Shown here: positions 50,284 to 59,690 of the stretch, piece by piece
Layout: every line of letters starts with the position of its first letter
Numbering within the stretch: position 1 is the stretch's first letter
DNA from: Prochlorococcus sp. AG-347-K20
GTDB lineage: Bacteria; Cyanobacteriota; Cyanobacteriia; PCC-6307; Cyanobiaceae
Length of the DNA stretch: 64,000 bases
Direction: 5' to 3'
Assembly (NCBI GenBank): GCA_003281315.1
Contig: QCCH01000005.1
Span: forward strand, 18,603-82,602
The notes under the pieces: generated by a model
Seen by the model: the letters and a program-made list of their open reading frames with translations, nothing else
Database searches by the model: none
What the model was told of the DNA's origin: nothing
Made by a program: the position numbers and the translations under genes

Positions 50284-50357
50284 CGGGACCGACGGGATTC
50301 GAACCCGCAACTTCCGCCGTGACAGGGCGGTGCTCTAACCAGTTGAACTACGGTCCC
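50284..50357 (-). tRNA. tRNA-Asp (anticodon GUC)
   Basis: Manual cloverleaf: acceptor GGGACCG/CGGTCCC, D arm GTTC..GAGC, anticodon arm CCGCC-CTGTCAC-GGCGG, T arm GCGGG-TTCGAAT-CCCGT; no encoded CCA. Confidence 0.9.
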
Positions 50358-50505
50358 AGAGTATGTTCTAAATTTATTTAGAACTTCATTCTTAAAATTA
50401 TCAGATCATAATACTTAATTAATGGGGTTGTAATAAAAAAAATTTATTAATTTGAGGATTTAAAGAAATAATTAGTTTTTCAACTGACTCAGTATAAACA
50501 ACTAT

Positions 50506-50700
50506 TTATTTTTGAGGTCTAAAACCAGCAGGTTCTATCAACCTAACTTGATTGCCTCTAGCAGTAAATTCTCGGCCTTGGTCACTTTGTACGACAACTC
50601 TCCCACCAGACTTAACTCTGATAACTCTTGCACGAACCCATCCTAAAGCTGCTGATTCGAGGACTTTAACTACGTCCCCAGGTTGAAGATCTAACTCCAT
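50506..50700 (-). CDS. Small Arg/Val/Gly-rich hypothetical protein (64 aa)
   Basis: ATG ORF between two tRNA genes; GC about 45% by hand count; no family recognised with confidence. Confidence 0.5.
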   Translation of the reverse strand: MELDLQPGDVVKVLESAALGWVRARVIRVKSGGRVVVQSDQGREFTARGNQVRLIEPAGFRPQK

Positions 50701-50735
50701 CTTATGAAAAAATGATTTACATAATGTTGTTCAAA

Positions 50736-50808
50736 CGCGTCGTGGAGGACTTGAACCCCCGACATCAGGTTTTGGAGACCTGCGTTCTACCAACTGAACT
50801 AACGACGC
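50736..50808 (-). tRNA. tRNA-Trp (anticodon CCA)
   Basis: Manual cloverleaf: acceptor GCGTCGT/ACGACGC, D arm GTTC..GAAC, anticodon arm CAGGT-CTCCAAA-ACCTG, T arm GGGGG-TTCAAGT-CCTCC. Confidence 0.9.
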
Positions 50809-50861
50809 ATTTAGATGATTATAAGCGTCTTTGCGACCAATAAGTTGAATAATTTACAACT

Positions 50862-51332
50862 TTATCGATCAAAGCGTTGTTTTACGCGAGTAGCTTTTCC
50901 TACTCTATCTCTTAGATAGAATAACTTAGCTCTTCTTACTTTACCTCTACGTTCAACTTTTAGAGAGGCAACCTGTGGACTATGTAGCATAAATACTCTT
51001 TCAACACCTATACCCTGAAAAATTCTTCTAACTGTAATAGTCTGGTTTATACCTCCATGCCTTTTTGCTATGACAACGCCTTCATAAGGTTGGACTCTTT
51101 CTTTATTACCTTCTGTAATCTTAACTCCCACTTTAACAGTGTCCCCAACATATATTTCAGGTAATTCTTTTTTTAATTGTTCATTCTCAAATTCCCTAAT
51201 AAGATTGGATGCCCTTAAGGGTTGCGTAGTCTCAGAAACAGTATTTTTTTCTTTTTGTTCAACTGCTACATCAACTGATGCGTCAGCTTTAATACCGGTT
51301 TCTAATTCCTTCTCTTGTTTCTCTTTGGCCAT
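50862..51332 (-). CDS. rplS: 50S ribosomal protein L19 with an N-terminal extension of about 40 aa
   Basis: Canonical L19 core from [28 protein letters not shown] onward; only in-frame ATG is at 51332. Confidence 0.9.
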   Translation of the reverse strand: MAKEKQEKELETGIKADASVDVAVEQKEKNTVSETTQPLRASNLIREFENEQLKKELPEIYVGDTVKVGVKITEGNKERVQPYEGVVIAKRHGGINQTITVRRIFQGIGVERVFMLHSPQVASLKVERRGKVRRAKLFYLRDRVGKATRVKQRFDR

Positions 51333-51364
51333 TTTTGTCCTTGTTGTCCTACAAGTTCTATATC

Positions 51365-51673
51365 TTAACCTTTTGACTCGCCTTTAGTAACCTTTTTGGT
51401 AAATGAAATTGTTTTTGAAAACATTTGGAATCCTGTTACGAGCATCCATAAAACTCCAAGGGAATTAAATATTACGTATATAAGTTCTCCATTATCTCCA
51501 AGCCATTCGCCCTCATGGAGAGACATTAACCAATGAACTTGTTCTCTAGAGTAACCTAGTAAATCTTTCGCAACTCTATAAAGAAGACCAGTAATTGAAG
51601 ATATAAATAATGGAAGAAAAACCCAGGGCGCCAAAGCCTTATGAAATTGCCTAGAATTAAATAAACCTTTCAT
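51365..51673 (-). CDS. Hypothetical membrane protein (102 aa)
   Basis: Two hydrophobic segments flanking HEGEWLG; no confident family assignment. Confidence 0.45.
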   Translation of the reverse strand: MKGLFNSRQFHKALAPWVFLPLFISSITGLLYRVAKDLLGYSREQVHWLMSLHEGEWLGDNGELIYVIFNSLGVLWMLVTGFQMFSKTISFTKKVTKGESKG

Positions 51674-51768
51674 TTTTGTTTCTTTCCCATTGTTATTGAT
51701 AGATTTAAGGTAGCCAAGACCATAAAGGCTATTTTGAAGATATTTAACTATTACTATTATTTATTCCA

Positions 51769-52608
51769 ATGAGACATTTTGCAGATCTTTTGTTAAATAA
51801 AAATAATTCCAAAGCTAATGATCAAGTCCCTTTCATTCAGAGGAGAAGAGGAATCGAAATAAAGTCTTCACGTGAAATAAATTTGATGAAAAAATCTAGC
51901 AGGATTGTAGCAACTGTTTTAAGGGAAATTAATGACTTAATTAAACCTGGAATGAGTACAAAAGATTTAGATGATTTCGCAGAAAAGAGGATAAAAAGTT
52001 TTGGAGCTGTGCCAAGTTTCAAAGGCTACCATGGATTTCCTTCTAGTATTTGTTCTAGTATTAATAATGAGGTTGTACACGGTATTCCAAGTAAAAATAA
52101 ATTAATTAAAAATGGTGACTTGGTTAAAATTGATACAGGGGCATATTTAGATGGTTTCCATGGAGATAGTTGTATATCAATTTGTGTAGGAGAAGTTAGT
52201 CCAAAGGCTCAAAAACTTAGTGACATAGCTTATAAAGCATTGTATGCGGGGCTTTCGAAAATCAAGGCAGGGAATACACTTCTGGATGTGGCTGGAGAAA
52301 TCGAAGACATAGTTGTAAAAAATGGCTTTAGTGTTGTAGAAGACTATACAGGTCATGGAGTTGGAAGAAATCTTCATGAAGAACCATCAGTATTTAATTT
52401 TCGGACCAAAGAATTGCCTAACGTCGTCCTTCGAGAAGGAATGACATTAGCGGTAGAACCTATCGTTAATGAAGGAACTAAATTTTGCAAAACACTAAAT
52501 GATAGATGGACCGTAATAACAAAAGATGGAAAACTATCTGCCCAATGGGAGCATACAATAGTTGTTTTAAAAGATGGTATTGAAATATTGACAGATCGAG
52601 ATTTCTAG
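51769..52608 (+). CDS. map: Methionine aminopeptidase, type I
   Basis: Metal ligand blocks (VHGIP, KIDTGA, GDSC, TGHGVGRNLHEEP, AVEPI, EHT). Confidence 0.9.
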   Translation: MRHFADLLLNKNNSKANDQVPFIQRRRGIEIKSSREINLMKKSSRIVATVLREINDLIKPGMSTKDLDDFAEKRIKSFGAVPSFKGYHGFPSSICSSINNEVVHGIPSKNKLIKNGDLVKIDTGAYLDGFHGDSCISICVGEVSPKAQKLSDIAYKALYAGLSKIKAGNTLLDVAGEIEDIVVKNGFSVVEDYTGHGVGRNLHEEPSVFNFRTKELPNVVLREGMTLAVEPIVNEGTKFCKTLNDRWTVITKDGKLSAQWEHTIVVLKDGIEILTDRDF

Positions 52609-52611
52609 ACG

Positions 52612-53331
52612 CTAAGATTTGTACTTGTAGATAATTTGGCAATACAAAAAATTAAAAAATTCTTTCAATGGGAAAAGTATATAGGTTAAAGGGTTTGGAC
52701 TAATTATTACTAAATAATTTTTTGAATTAGCTAAATCATAAATTTTTTTAGAAACGAATTTGGGACTCATTATTCCGAGAGGATTTAATTCTGATTTAAA
52801 AGGCCCTAAAATGATTTTTTTTATTATTAATTTTTTCTTTGTATTTTTGTCCAGAAGATTTTTTTTGAAAGAAACTAATTGACCAATAAGGGATTTACTA
52901 ATCTCATAGGAAGGATTTAGGGCGGGTAATATTTCTGCTTCAGATGTATTTATCCAAATCTCTTTTTTAATTAGTGAATCATTGCTTAAAGCAATATCTT
53001 CAAATAAATTTAAAAATTTGAATTTACTTAATGCATTTATCTCTATTGAGTTTTCATAATTGGAATTTTCTCTACTCAAATCATAGATACCGTGGTTCAA
53101 AATTAAAATGTCTATATTTTCTAATTGTTTTTTTAAAGACGACTCCTTCCCACATTCCCATTTAATCCATTCATTTGGAGATTCAAGATTTTTTTCACAA
53201 TTAGTTTTACTATGAGTAAATCCAATCACTTTATATCCTTTTTGACGAAACAACTTTGTTAATTCTTTACCTAGCGCACCTGAAGCTCCAGTAATCCCTA
53301 TAGTTTTTTCGTTTTTGGTTGGATTTATCAT
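52612..53331 (-). CDS. Short-chain dehydrogenase/reductase-family protein
   Basis: Rossmann motif GITGASGALGKELTK, LILNHG. Confidence 0.65.
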   Translation of the reverse strand: MINPTKNEKTIGITGASGALGKELTKLFRQKGYKVIGFTHSKTNCEKNLESPNEWIKWECGKESSLKKQLENIDILILNHGIYDLSRENSNYENSIEINALSKFKFLNLFEDIALSNDSLIKKEIWINTSEAEILPALNPSYEISKSLIGQLVSFKKNLLDKNTKKKLIIKKIILGPFKSELNPLGIMSPKFVSKKIYDLANSKNYLVIISPNPLTYILFPLKEFFNFLYCQIIYKYKS

Positions 53332-53485
53332 TTTGCTTGATTTTTATGAGATACCAAAGAATTAAAGTAAATTTACCAAAAAAATATTATTTATTTTTTT
53401 ATTTGATTAAAACTCATAAATAAATATTTGTTTAGTACTGAAAAAAATATTATCTTAAACCTATTAATAAATAATTTACTAAATT

Positions 53486-54595
53486 ATGAGCGATATATTA
53501 TTAATTGGCTCATGTGAGCCATTTAGTGGTAAGTCCGCAATGGTTCTTGGGATAGCAAAAAAACTTTTACAGAAGAAAAAAAAAGTGCGCATCGGGAAAC
53601 CTCTAGCAACATGTATTGAACTTACTAATCTTCCCTCAATGTCTTATGAAGGATTAATAGATGATGACGTTAAGTTTATTGGATCAACATTAAATATCGA
53701 AGAGGAGAATTTAATTTCTTCTGTAGGATTATTGGATAATATCTCAGCTGAAAAAAGAATCTTCAATAAAGACTTACTCCCTGGAAAAGGTTTTGATCAG
53801 ATTGAAGGATTGGTTAATGATGATTTTGAAGGTCTGAATATTTTAGAGGCAGCCGGAAGTCTTCATGAGGGTATGATTTATGGCTTAAGTCTCCCACAAC
53901 TAGCTAAGGATTTAGATGCGAAAGTTTTAATTGTGAATTTATGGGAAGATTGTAAAAGTGTGGATGCATTACTTGATGCGAAAAAACAATTAGGTGAGAA
54001 ATTGGCTGGAGTGGTTTTAAACGGAGTTTTGCCGCAAGAAGTCGAAAAAGTTAAAAATGAAATAATACCCTCTCTTAAAGATCTGGATATTGAAGTGTTT
54101 GGAGTGATGCCTAAATCACCACTACTTAGAAGTGTTACCGTAGGTGAGCTTGTAAGAAGACTAGATGCCCAAGTAATTTGTTGCCCTGAAAAAGATCAAT
54201 TGCTTGTTGAAACATTAAGTATTGGTGCAATGGGGGTGAATTCTGCAATGGAATTTTTCAGGAGAAGACGAAATATGGCTGTAGTTACTGGTGCTGATAG
54301 AACTGATATCCAACTTGCTGCTTTGGAGGCTTCGACTCAATGTCTAATTTTAACTGGTTTAGGAGATCCTTTGTCACAATTGATTCATAGAGCGGAGGAA
54401 TTGGAGGTGCCAATTTTAAAGGTGGAGTTAGATACTCTTTCCTCCGTAGAAATTATTGAACAAGCTTTTGGTCATGTCAGAATACATGAATCAATTAAAG
54501 CTTCTTATGCTATTCAATTAGTTCAAGAGCATGTAAATCTAAAAAGAATTCTCGAAAAGATAGATTTTCCCTGCAATTTTTCAGATAAATGCTAA
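53486..54595 (+). CDS. Pta-N-terminal-like protein: BioD/CobQ-like P-loop domain plus DRTGG domain, no catalytic PTA domain
   Basis: N-terminal GSCEPFSGKSAMVLG; C-terminal VVTGADRTDIQLAAL..LILTG (DRTGG-type). Confidence 0.6.
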   Translation: MSDILLIGSCEPFSGKSAMVLGIAKKLLQKKKKVRIGKPLATCIELTNLPSMSYEGLIDDDVKFIGSTLNIEEENLISSVGLLDNISAEKRIFNKDLLPGKGFDQIEGLVNDDFEGLNILEAAGSLHEGMIYGLSLPQLAKDLDAKVLIVNLWEDCKSVDALLDAKKQLGEKLAGVVLNGVLPQEVEKVKNEIIPSLKDLDIEVFGVMPKSPLLRSVTVGELVRRLDAQVICCPEKDQLLVETLSIGAMGVNSAMEFFRRRRNMAVVTGADRTDIQLAALEASTQCLILTGLGDPLSQLIHRAEELEVPILKVELDTLSSVEIIEQAFGHVRIHESIKASYAIQLVQEHVNLKRILEKIDFPCNFSDKC

Positions 54596-54620
54596 TTTCA
54601 AATATAGGAACTTTATTATT

Positions 54621-55133
54621 TTGAGTCGCTCTTTAGATCTACCAGCAACTGAAGGTGTTGATGCCTTAGCTCAAGAACTTGCAAAACTCCAAGATAATGG
54701 GAAAAGGAGAATTGCTTTTTTAGGTAGTAGACACGTACCGGTTGTAGATATCCACTTAATTGAGTTGATAGCAAGGTCGTTAGCAGAGGAAGGACATAAT
54801 ATCCTTACGTCTGGATCTCAAGGTGTTAATGCAGCTGTTATTCGAGCTGTCTTAGATATTAATCCATCATTATTAACTGTTTTATTACCACAAAGTCTTG
54901 ATAGACAAATACCCGAAATAAAGGATCAACTTGAGAGAGTTATGCATTTGGTTGAAAAAAGTGAAAATGATGAATTACCTTTGCCACTTGCCAGTAGTCT
55001 TTGTAATCAAGAAATTATTACTAGGTGCGATCAATTAATATGCTTTGCCTTTCACGATAGTGAAACTTTGTTAAATAGTTGTAGATGTGCTGAAGAAATG
55101 GGCAAAGTGGTTAGTTTATTATTTTTTGATTAA
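54621..55133 (+). CDS. DprA/Smf-like Rossmann-fold (SLOG-type) protein, short form (170 aa)
   Basis: RIAFLGSRHVP..ILTSGSQGVNAAVIRAVL resembles the DprA core; no SAM or winged-helix domains; TTG start. Confidence 0.5.
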   Translation: MSRSLDLPATEGVDALAQELAKLQDNGKRRIAFLGSRHVPVVDIHLIELIARSLAEEGHNILTSGSQGVNAAVIRAVLDINPSLLTVLLPQSLDRQIPEIKDQLERVMHLVEKSENDELPLPLASSLCNQEIITRCDQLICFAFHDSETLLNSCRCAEEMGKVVSLLFFD

Positions 55134-55199
55134 ATTACCCCATTTCCCCTTAGTAAAAGATGATTTATGCTAATAATATTTAGCATTTAATATTTTACT

Positions 55200-55697
55200 A
55201 TGGCAGAAAGTTTTTCATTTGATGTAGTTTCTGATTTTGATAGACAAGAATTAGTCAATACTTTGGATCAAGTTAAAAGGGAAATTTCTCAGCGTTACGA
55301 TTTGAAGGGCACCGATACTTCAGTTGATTTAGAAAAAGAAAATATTTTTATAATCACCAATAGCGAACTTACTTTGAATGCTGTTAATGACATAATTAGA
55401 CAAAAGGCAATAAAAAGAAACTTATCCTTAAAAATATTTGACTACGGTGATATTGAAATAGTTAGTGGTAATAGAATTAAACAAACAATTTTATTAAAAC
55501 AAGGAATTAAACAAGAAATTGCGAAAAAAATCAGTAAAAATATTAGAGATCAAATTAAAAAAATTAATGTCAGCATTAATGGAGAAACACTCAGAGTTGC
55601 GAGTAAGAGCAAAAATGATCTTCAATTGGCAATTAAGCTTGTTAGTGAGTTGGAGGAGTCTTTGAACATTCCTCTAAAAGCTAATAACTTTAGATAA
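55200..55697 (+). CDS. YajQ-family (UPF0234) nucleotide-binding protein
   Basis: SFDVVSDFDRQELVNTLDQVKREISQRYDLKG is the typical YajQ N-terminus; typical length. Confidence 0.8.
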   Translation: MAESFSFDVVSDFDRQELVNTLDQVKREISQRYDLKGTDTSVDLEKENIFIITNSELTLNAVNDIIRQKAIKRNLSLKIFDYGDIEIVSGNRIKQTILLKQGIKQEIAKKISKNIRDQIKKINVSINGETLRVASKSKNDLQLAIKLVSELEESLNIPLKANNFR

Positions 55698-55726
55698 AAT
55701 ATTTAGTAATATTATGTTAAAAAAAT

Positions 55727-55933
55727 ATGGCAGATTATTCAAAATCTCTCATTAACGCATTGATTACGAATGTAAAAGAATACCCTCGTTTTTCAAAAGA
55801 AGAAATAGAGAAATTTTGTTGGATGGCGGTACATGAGCATAAGCATGGTGTATTACCCTCTGAATATGATATTAGGGAGATAGATGAGGATCTTTATTTA
55901 GAACTTTTGCAAGAATTTAAATCAAATATCTAA
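55727..55933 (+). CDS. Small hypothetical protein (68 aa)
   Basis: ATG ORF 29 nt after the yajQ-like gene; no family recognised. Confidence 0.4.
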   Translation: MADYSKSLINALITNVKEYPRFSKEEIEKFCWMAVHEHKHGVLPSEYDIREIDEDLYLELLQEFKSNI

Positions 55934-56045
55934 TATTTATAAGCTGTATTTAATTTTACAATTATTAAAAAAATATTTTAATTAAATGTCTTACTAATGC
56001 ACTAAGTAGTCTATTTAAATATGATTAATTAAAAGTATAAATTTA

Positions 56046-56849
56046 ATGTCAACATCCTTTAAAAATGTTACACCAACAGGTCCTGGTGGGACAGCAACAT
56101 TATTGATTGTATTGTCTTTTACTGGCTTTCTTTTGCTCACTCAATCATTATTTGTTGTACCTTCTGGACAAGTTGCAGTTGTTACAACACTAGGGAAAGT
56201 TAGTGGCCCCTCTAGAAGAGCTGGTTTAAACTTTAAACTTCCATTTGTTCAGTCTGTATACCCATTTGATATAAAAACTCAAGTTCAACCAGAAAAATTT
56301 GAAACGTTAACTAAAGATCTTCAAGTTATTAGAGCTACAGCTACTGTTAAGTATTCAGTAAAGCCTAACGAGGCAGGAAGGATCTTCGCAACAATTGCAA
56401 GCAGAAATAGCGATGTTTATCAGAAAATTGTTCAGCCATCATTGCTAAAAGCTCTAAAATCAGTCTTTTCCCAATATGAGCTAGAAACAATTGCTACTGA
56501 ATTCGCAGTCATTTCTGAAAAAGTAGGTGACACCGTTGCACAAGAACTAAATTCATTCGATTATGTAGATGTTAAAAGTTTAGATCTTACTGGATTAGAG
56601 ATCGCTGAAGAATATAGAGCAGCGATTGAACAAAAGCAAATAGCTGGTCAGCAATTACTAAGAGCAAAGACTGAAGTTGAAATTGCTGAACAAGAAGCTC
56701 TTAGATATGAGACATTAAATAGAAGTCTCGACGATCAAGTACTTTTCAAACTATTTCTCGACAAATGGGATGGCAGTACACAAGTTGTTCCTGGCTTACC
56801 AGGTTCAGCAGGAGGTACTCCCCCAGTAATAGTAGGTGGTAGAAAATAA
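56046..56849 (+). CDS. SPFH/band 7 (prohibitin-like) membrane protein
   Basis: N-terminal TM plus SPFH core (VVPSGQVAVVTTLGKV.., EIAEEYRAAIEQKQIAGQ). Confidence 0.8.
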   Translation: MSTSFKNVTPTGPGGTATLLIVLSFTGFLLLTQSLFVVPSGQVAVVTTLGKVSGPSRRAGLNFKLPFVQSVYPFDIKTQVQPEKFETLTKDLQVIRATATVKYSVKPNEAGRIFATIASRNSDVYQKIVQPSLLKALKSVFSQYELETIATEFAVISEKVGDTVAQELNSFDYVDVKSLDLTGLEIAEEYRAAIEQKQIAGQQLLRAKTEVEIAEQEALRYETLNRSLDDQVLFKLFLDKWDGSTQVVPGLPGSAGGTPPVIVGGRK

Positions 56850-56878
56850 TAATTTAGAAAAGACCTTTTTAGTTTTTA

Positions 56879-56929
56879 AATCATTTACTTATTTTTCTTT
56901 AAGGAAAGACTAGTAAATGATTATTTTTT
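56879..56929 (+). terminator. Candidate intrinsic terminator for the SPFH gene: 11-bp-arm hairpin plus T6
   Basis: aatcatttact (56879-56889) pairs with agtaaatgatt (56912-56922); inner stem tcttt/aaaga; T-run 56924-56929; right arm and T-run overlap the hemL stop and last two Lys codons. Confidence 0.45.
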
Positions 56930-58222
56930 AATTGCATTAAAAGATTCGTCAAAAGCTTCAATAGTTTTATCAATTTCTTCTTCGCTGTGAGCTAGTGATG
57001 TGAAACCAGCTTCGAAGGGGCTCGGCGCTAGGTAAATTCCTCTTCGAAGCATTTCTCTATGCAACTTACCAAAAAGTTCGGCATCATTTTTTTTTGCTTC
57101 ATCAAAGTTCCTAACTGGCCCATCGCATAAGAAAAATCCAAACATAGCGCTTACACTTCCACCATTAATAGCGATACCGTTATTTTCTGCAGACTGAATT
57201 ATCCCTTCAATTAATCTAGAAGTTGTTGAAGCAAGTTTATCGTAAGTACCATCTTGTTTGAGCAGTTCTAGAGTTTTTATTCCAGCAGTCATTGCGAGTG
57301 GGTTACCGCTCAAAGTGCCTGCTTGGTATACCGGCCCTGATGGAGCTACCATTGACATTATTTCTTTCTTGCCTCCGTAGGCTCCAACAGGCAGGCCTCC
57401 ACCAATTACTTTCCCAAGGGTTGTTAAATCAGGAGTAACCCCAAACTTTTCTTGAGCTCCTCCATAACTTATTCTGAATCCAGTCATTACTTCGTCAAAA
57501 ACTAATAAGGATCCATTCTCAGTGGTTAATTCCCTTAATCCCTCCAAGAATCCAGGTTCTGGAGTAATAAATCCAGCATTACCTACGATAGGCTCAAGAA
57601 TTACCCCCGAAATGGCATCAGGATTTTCAGAAAATAATTTTTTTACTGCTTCAAGATCATTGTATGGAGCAGTAAGTGTGTTGGCAGTTGTTGTCCGTGG
57701 AACACCTGGAGAATCTGGCAAACCCAGAGTGGCTACACCTGATCCTGCTTTTACTAAAAACATATCTGCATGACCGTGATAACAACCGTCAAATTTAATA
57801 ACTTTATCTCTTCCAGTAAAGGCTCGCATAAGTCTCAAAACAGCCATGCATGCTTCAGTTCCACTATTGACAAATCTAACCATTTCTACAGATGGGACTG
57901 CATCTATTACCATTTCAGCAAGTTGGTTCTCTAGAACGCATGGAGCACCAAAGCTAGTGCCTTTTTCTATTGCTTCCTGTAATGCCGTTGTAACTTCAGG
58001 GTGGGCATGTCCACATATAGCAGGTCCCCAGCTTCCTATGTAGTCAATATATCTATTTCCATCAATATCCCAAGCAAAAGGACCTTTGACTCTATCAAAA
58101 ACAATTGGCTGGCCTCCTACAGACTTAAAAGCTCTAACTGGAGAACTTACTCCTCCTGGCATTAGTTCTTGGGCTGCAGAGAAAATTTCTTCTGATTTTG
58201 TGTAATTTGATATGTCAGTCAC
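56921..58222 (-). CDS. hemL: Glutamate-1-semialdehyde 2,1-aminomutase
   Basis: Class III aminotransferase with typical HemL sequence ([27 protein letters not shown]); GTG start. Confidence 0.95.
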   Translation of the reverse strand: MTDISNYTKSEEIFSAAQELMPGGVSSPVRAFKSVGGQPIVFDRVKGPFAWDIDGNRYIDYIGSWGPAICGHAHPEVTTALQEAIEKGTSFGAPCVLENQLAEMVIDAVPSVEMVRFVNSGTEACMAVLRLMRAFTGRDKVIKFDGCYHGHADMFLVKAGSGVATLGLPDSPGVPRTTTANTLTAPYNDLEAVKKLFSENPDAISGVILEPIVGNAGFITPEPGFLEGLRELTTENGSLLVFDEVMTGFRISYGGAQEKFGVTPDLTTLGKVIGGGLPVGAYGGKKEIMSMVAPSGPVYQAGTLSGNPLAMTAGIKTLELLKQDGTYDKLASTTSRLIEGIIQSAENNGIAINGGSVSAMFGFFLCDGPVRNFDEAKKNDAELFGKLHREMLRRGIYLAPSPFEAGFTSLAHSEEEIDKTIEAFDESFNAIKK

Positions 58223-58448
58223 AATTTAGCTAAATGATGTTTTGAGAAAAATCTAGTCATGTTCTAAGTTAGAAATAAGTAAAAATTTTGTCAATCAGAT
58301 TGAAATTCTACATTATGATATTTTTATTGCGATAGTTTGGATTGTAAATTATTAATTTTAAAGAAATCATGATAAAAAACAATATTAATTTAGATAACGC
58401 TTTATTAATAAGCGTTTTCAAGAATTAAAGAAATTCAATTTATTTTAT

Positions 58449-59294
58449 TTATATTTCGAAGAAATTATCCTCATCTTCAAAAAAATCTGCATTTATTTCG
58501 TTTAAGTTAAGATCTATCATTACTGGGGCATGATCACTTGGACGCAAATTCCCCCTAGGGATGCTGTCTATGACACAACTTTTAAGTTTTGATGAAAGTT
58601 CTCTGCTGATATATATATGGTCTATTCTCCAACCTTTATTTAATTCAAATGCGTTGTTACGGTAATCCCACCAACTCCAATAGCCAGTATTTTGTTCATA
58701 AATCCTGAACGAATCTATTAATCTTTTTTTTAGAACATTATTTAGTGCACTTCTCTCTATCTCAGATGCCATTATTCCTCCTTCATATTTCTTTGGATCA
58801 TGAATATCCAAGTTGGATGGAGCAACATTAAAATCACCCATAAGACAAATTAATTCTCCTTTTTTTTCTTGCTCATCCAAAAATGAAGCTAAACAATTTA
58901 ACCAATTAATTTTGTATTCGAACTTACTAGATTCTAGAGAAGATCCGTTTGGAACATAAACATTTATGATTTTAATACCATTAATATCAGCAGAAATCAA
59001 TCTTTTTTGATCTTGGAAAATTTCGATATTTTGATTAGAGTCATTACAACCGTAGAATCCTTTTTTAACATTTTCTGGCTTTATTTTGGAAATAATAGCC
59101 ACACCATTGTATGATTTTTGTCCGTAGATCTCTACTGAGTAACCTAATTTTTCAAAAGGTTCAACAGGGAAACTATCGTCCATCACTTTCGTTTCCTGCA
59201 AACATAGAATATCTGGATTGGATTTATTAATCCAATCTAATATTTGTGAAAGCCTGGTTCTTATAGAGTTAACATTCCAAGTTGCTATTAACAA
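58449..59294 (-). CDS. xthA: Exodeoxyribonuclease III
   Basis: ATWNVNSIRTR, LCLQETK, GDFNVAP, RIDHI, SDHAPV motifs. Confidence 0.9.
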   Translation of the reverse strand: MLIATWNVNSIRTRLSQILDWINKSNPDILCLQETKVMDDSFPVEPFEKLGYSVEIYGQKSYNGVAIISKIKPENVKKGFYGCNDSNQNIEIFQDQKRLISADINGIKIINVYVPNGSSLESSKFEYKINWLNCLASFLDEQEKKGELICLMGDFNVAPSNLDIHDPKKYEGGIMASEIERSALNNVLKKRLIDSFRIYEQNTGYWSWWDYRNNAFELNKGWRIDHIYISRELSSKLKSCVIDSIPRGNLRPSDHAPVMIDLNLNEINADFFEDEDNFFEI

Positions 59295-59365
59295 ATTTCT
59301 ACCAAATTATGTAAAATTAAAATAGCAAGAATTTTTGTCGTTAAAGAATTTTGAAATTAAATAAA

Positions 59366-59650
59366 ATGAAAAATTATTTTTGCAAAAGCGTTTTTAAACA
59401 AATTACGTTTGTAATTTTTTTTACTTTATTAATTCCCTTAAAAAGTGATTATCTAAATGCTGAATATTTATTTGAAGAATTAGAAATCGATACCTCAACT
59501 AAAACAGAAGATGATAGTTCACCTCTTCCAACTAATCCTTTTGAACTTGTGGAAATGATTCGGAGACAAAATAGTTTGAATGATGCGACTGATCCTTCTG
59601 ATGCAATTGACGATGCGTTAAGGTCTTTTAATAGTTTGGAGGAAAATTAA
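59366..59650 (+). CDS. Hypothetical secreted acidic protein
   Basis: ATG 59366 (MKNYFCKSVFKQITFVIFFTLLIPL signal-like N-terminus); ORF track begins at upstream TTG 59351. Confidence 0.4.
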   Translation: MKNYFCKSVFKQITFVIFFTLLIPLKSDYLNAEYLFEELEIDTSTKTEDDSSPLPTNPFELVEMIRRQNSLNDATDPSDAIDDALRSFNSLEEN

Positions 59651-59690
59651 GAAATTTAATACGATAAATTGTTATTTTCAAATTTTTAAT

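Noticed and set aside
50284-50808. Possible integrated mobile element or island at the tRNA-Asp/tRNA-Trp locus
   Set aside because: There is no integrase, no duplicated tRNA 3' fragment (att-like direct repeat) that I can see, and only about 380 nt between the tRNAs. The elevated GC is kept as a separate low-key finding.
58396-58416. 7-bp hairpin aacgctt-tattaat-aagcgtt in the 226-nt hemL-xthA spacer as terminator or sRNA
   Set aside because: The stem is short, there is no U-tract on the minus strand where both flanking genes lie, and there is no supporting ORF or promoter. It cannot be distinguished from chance.
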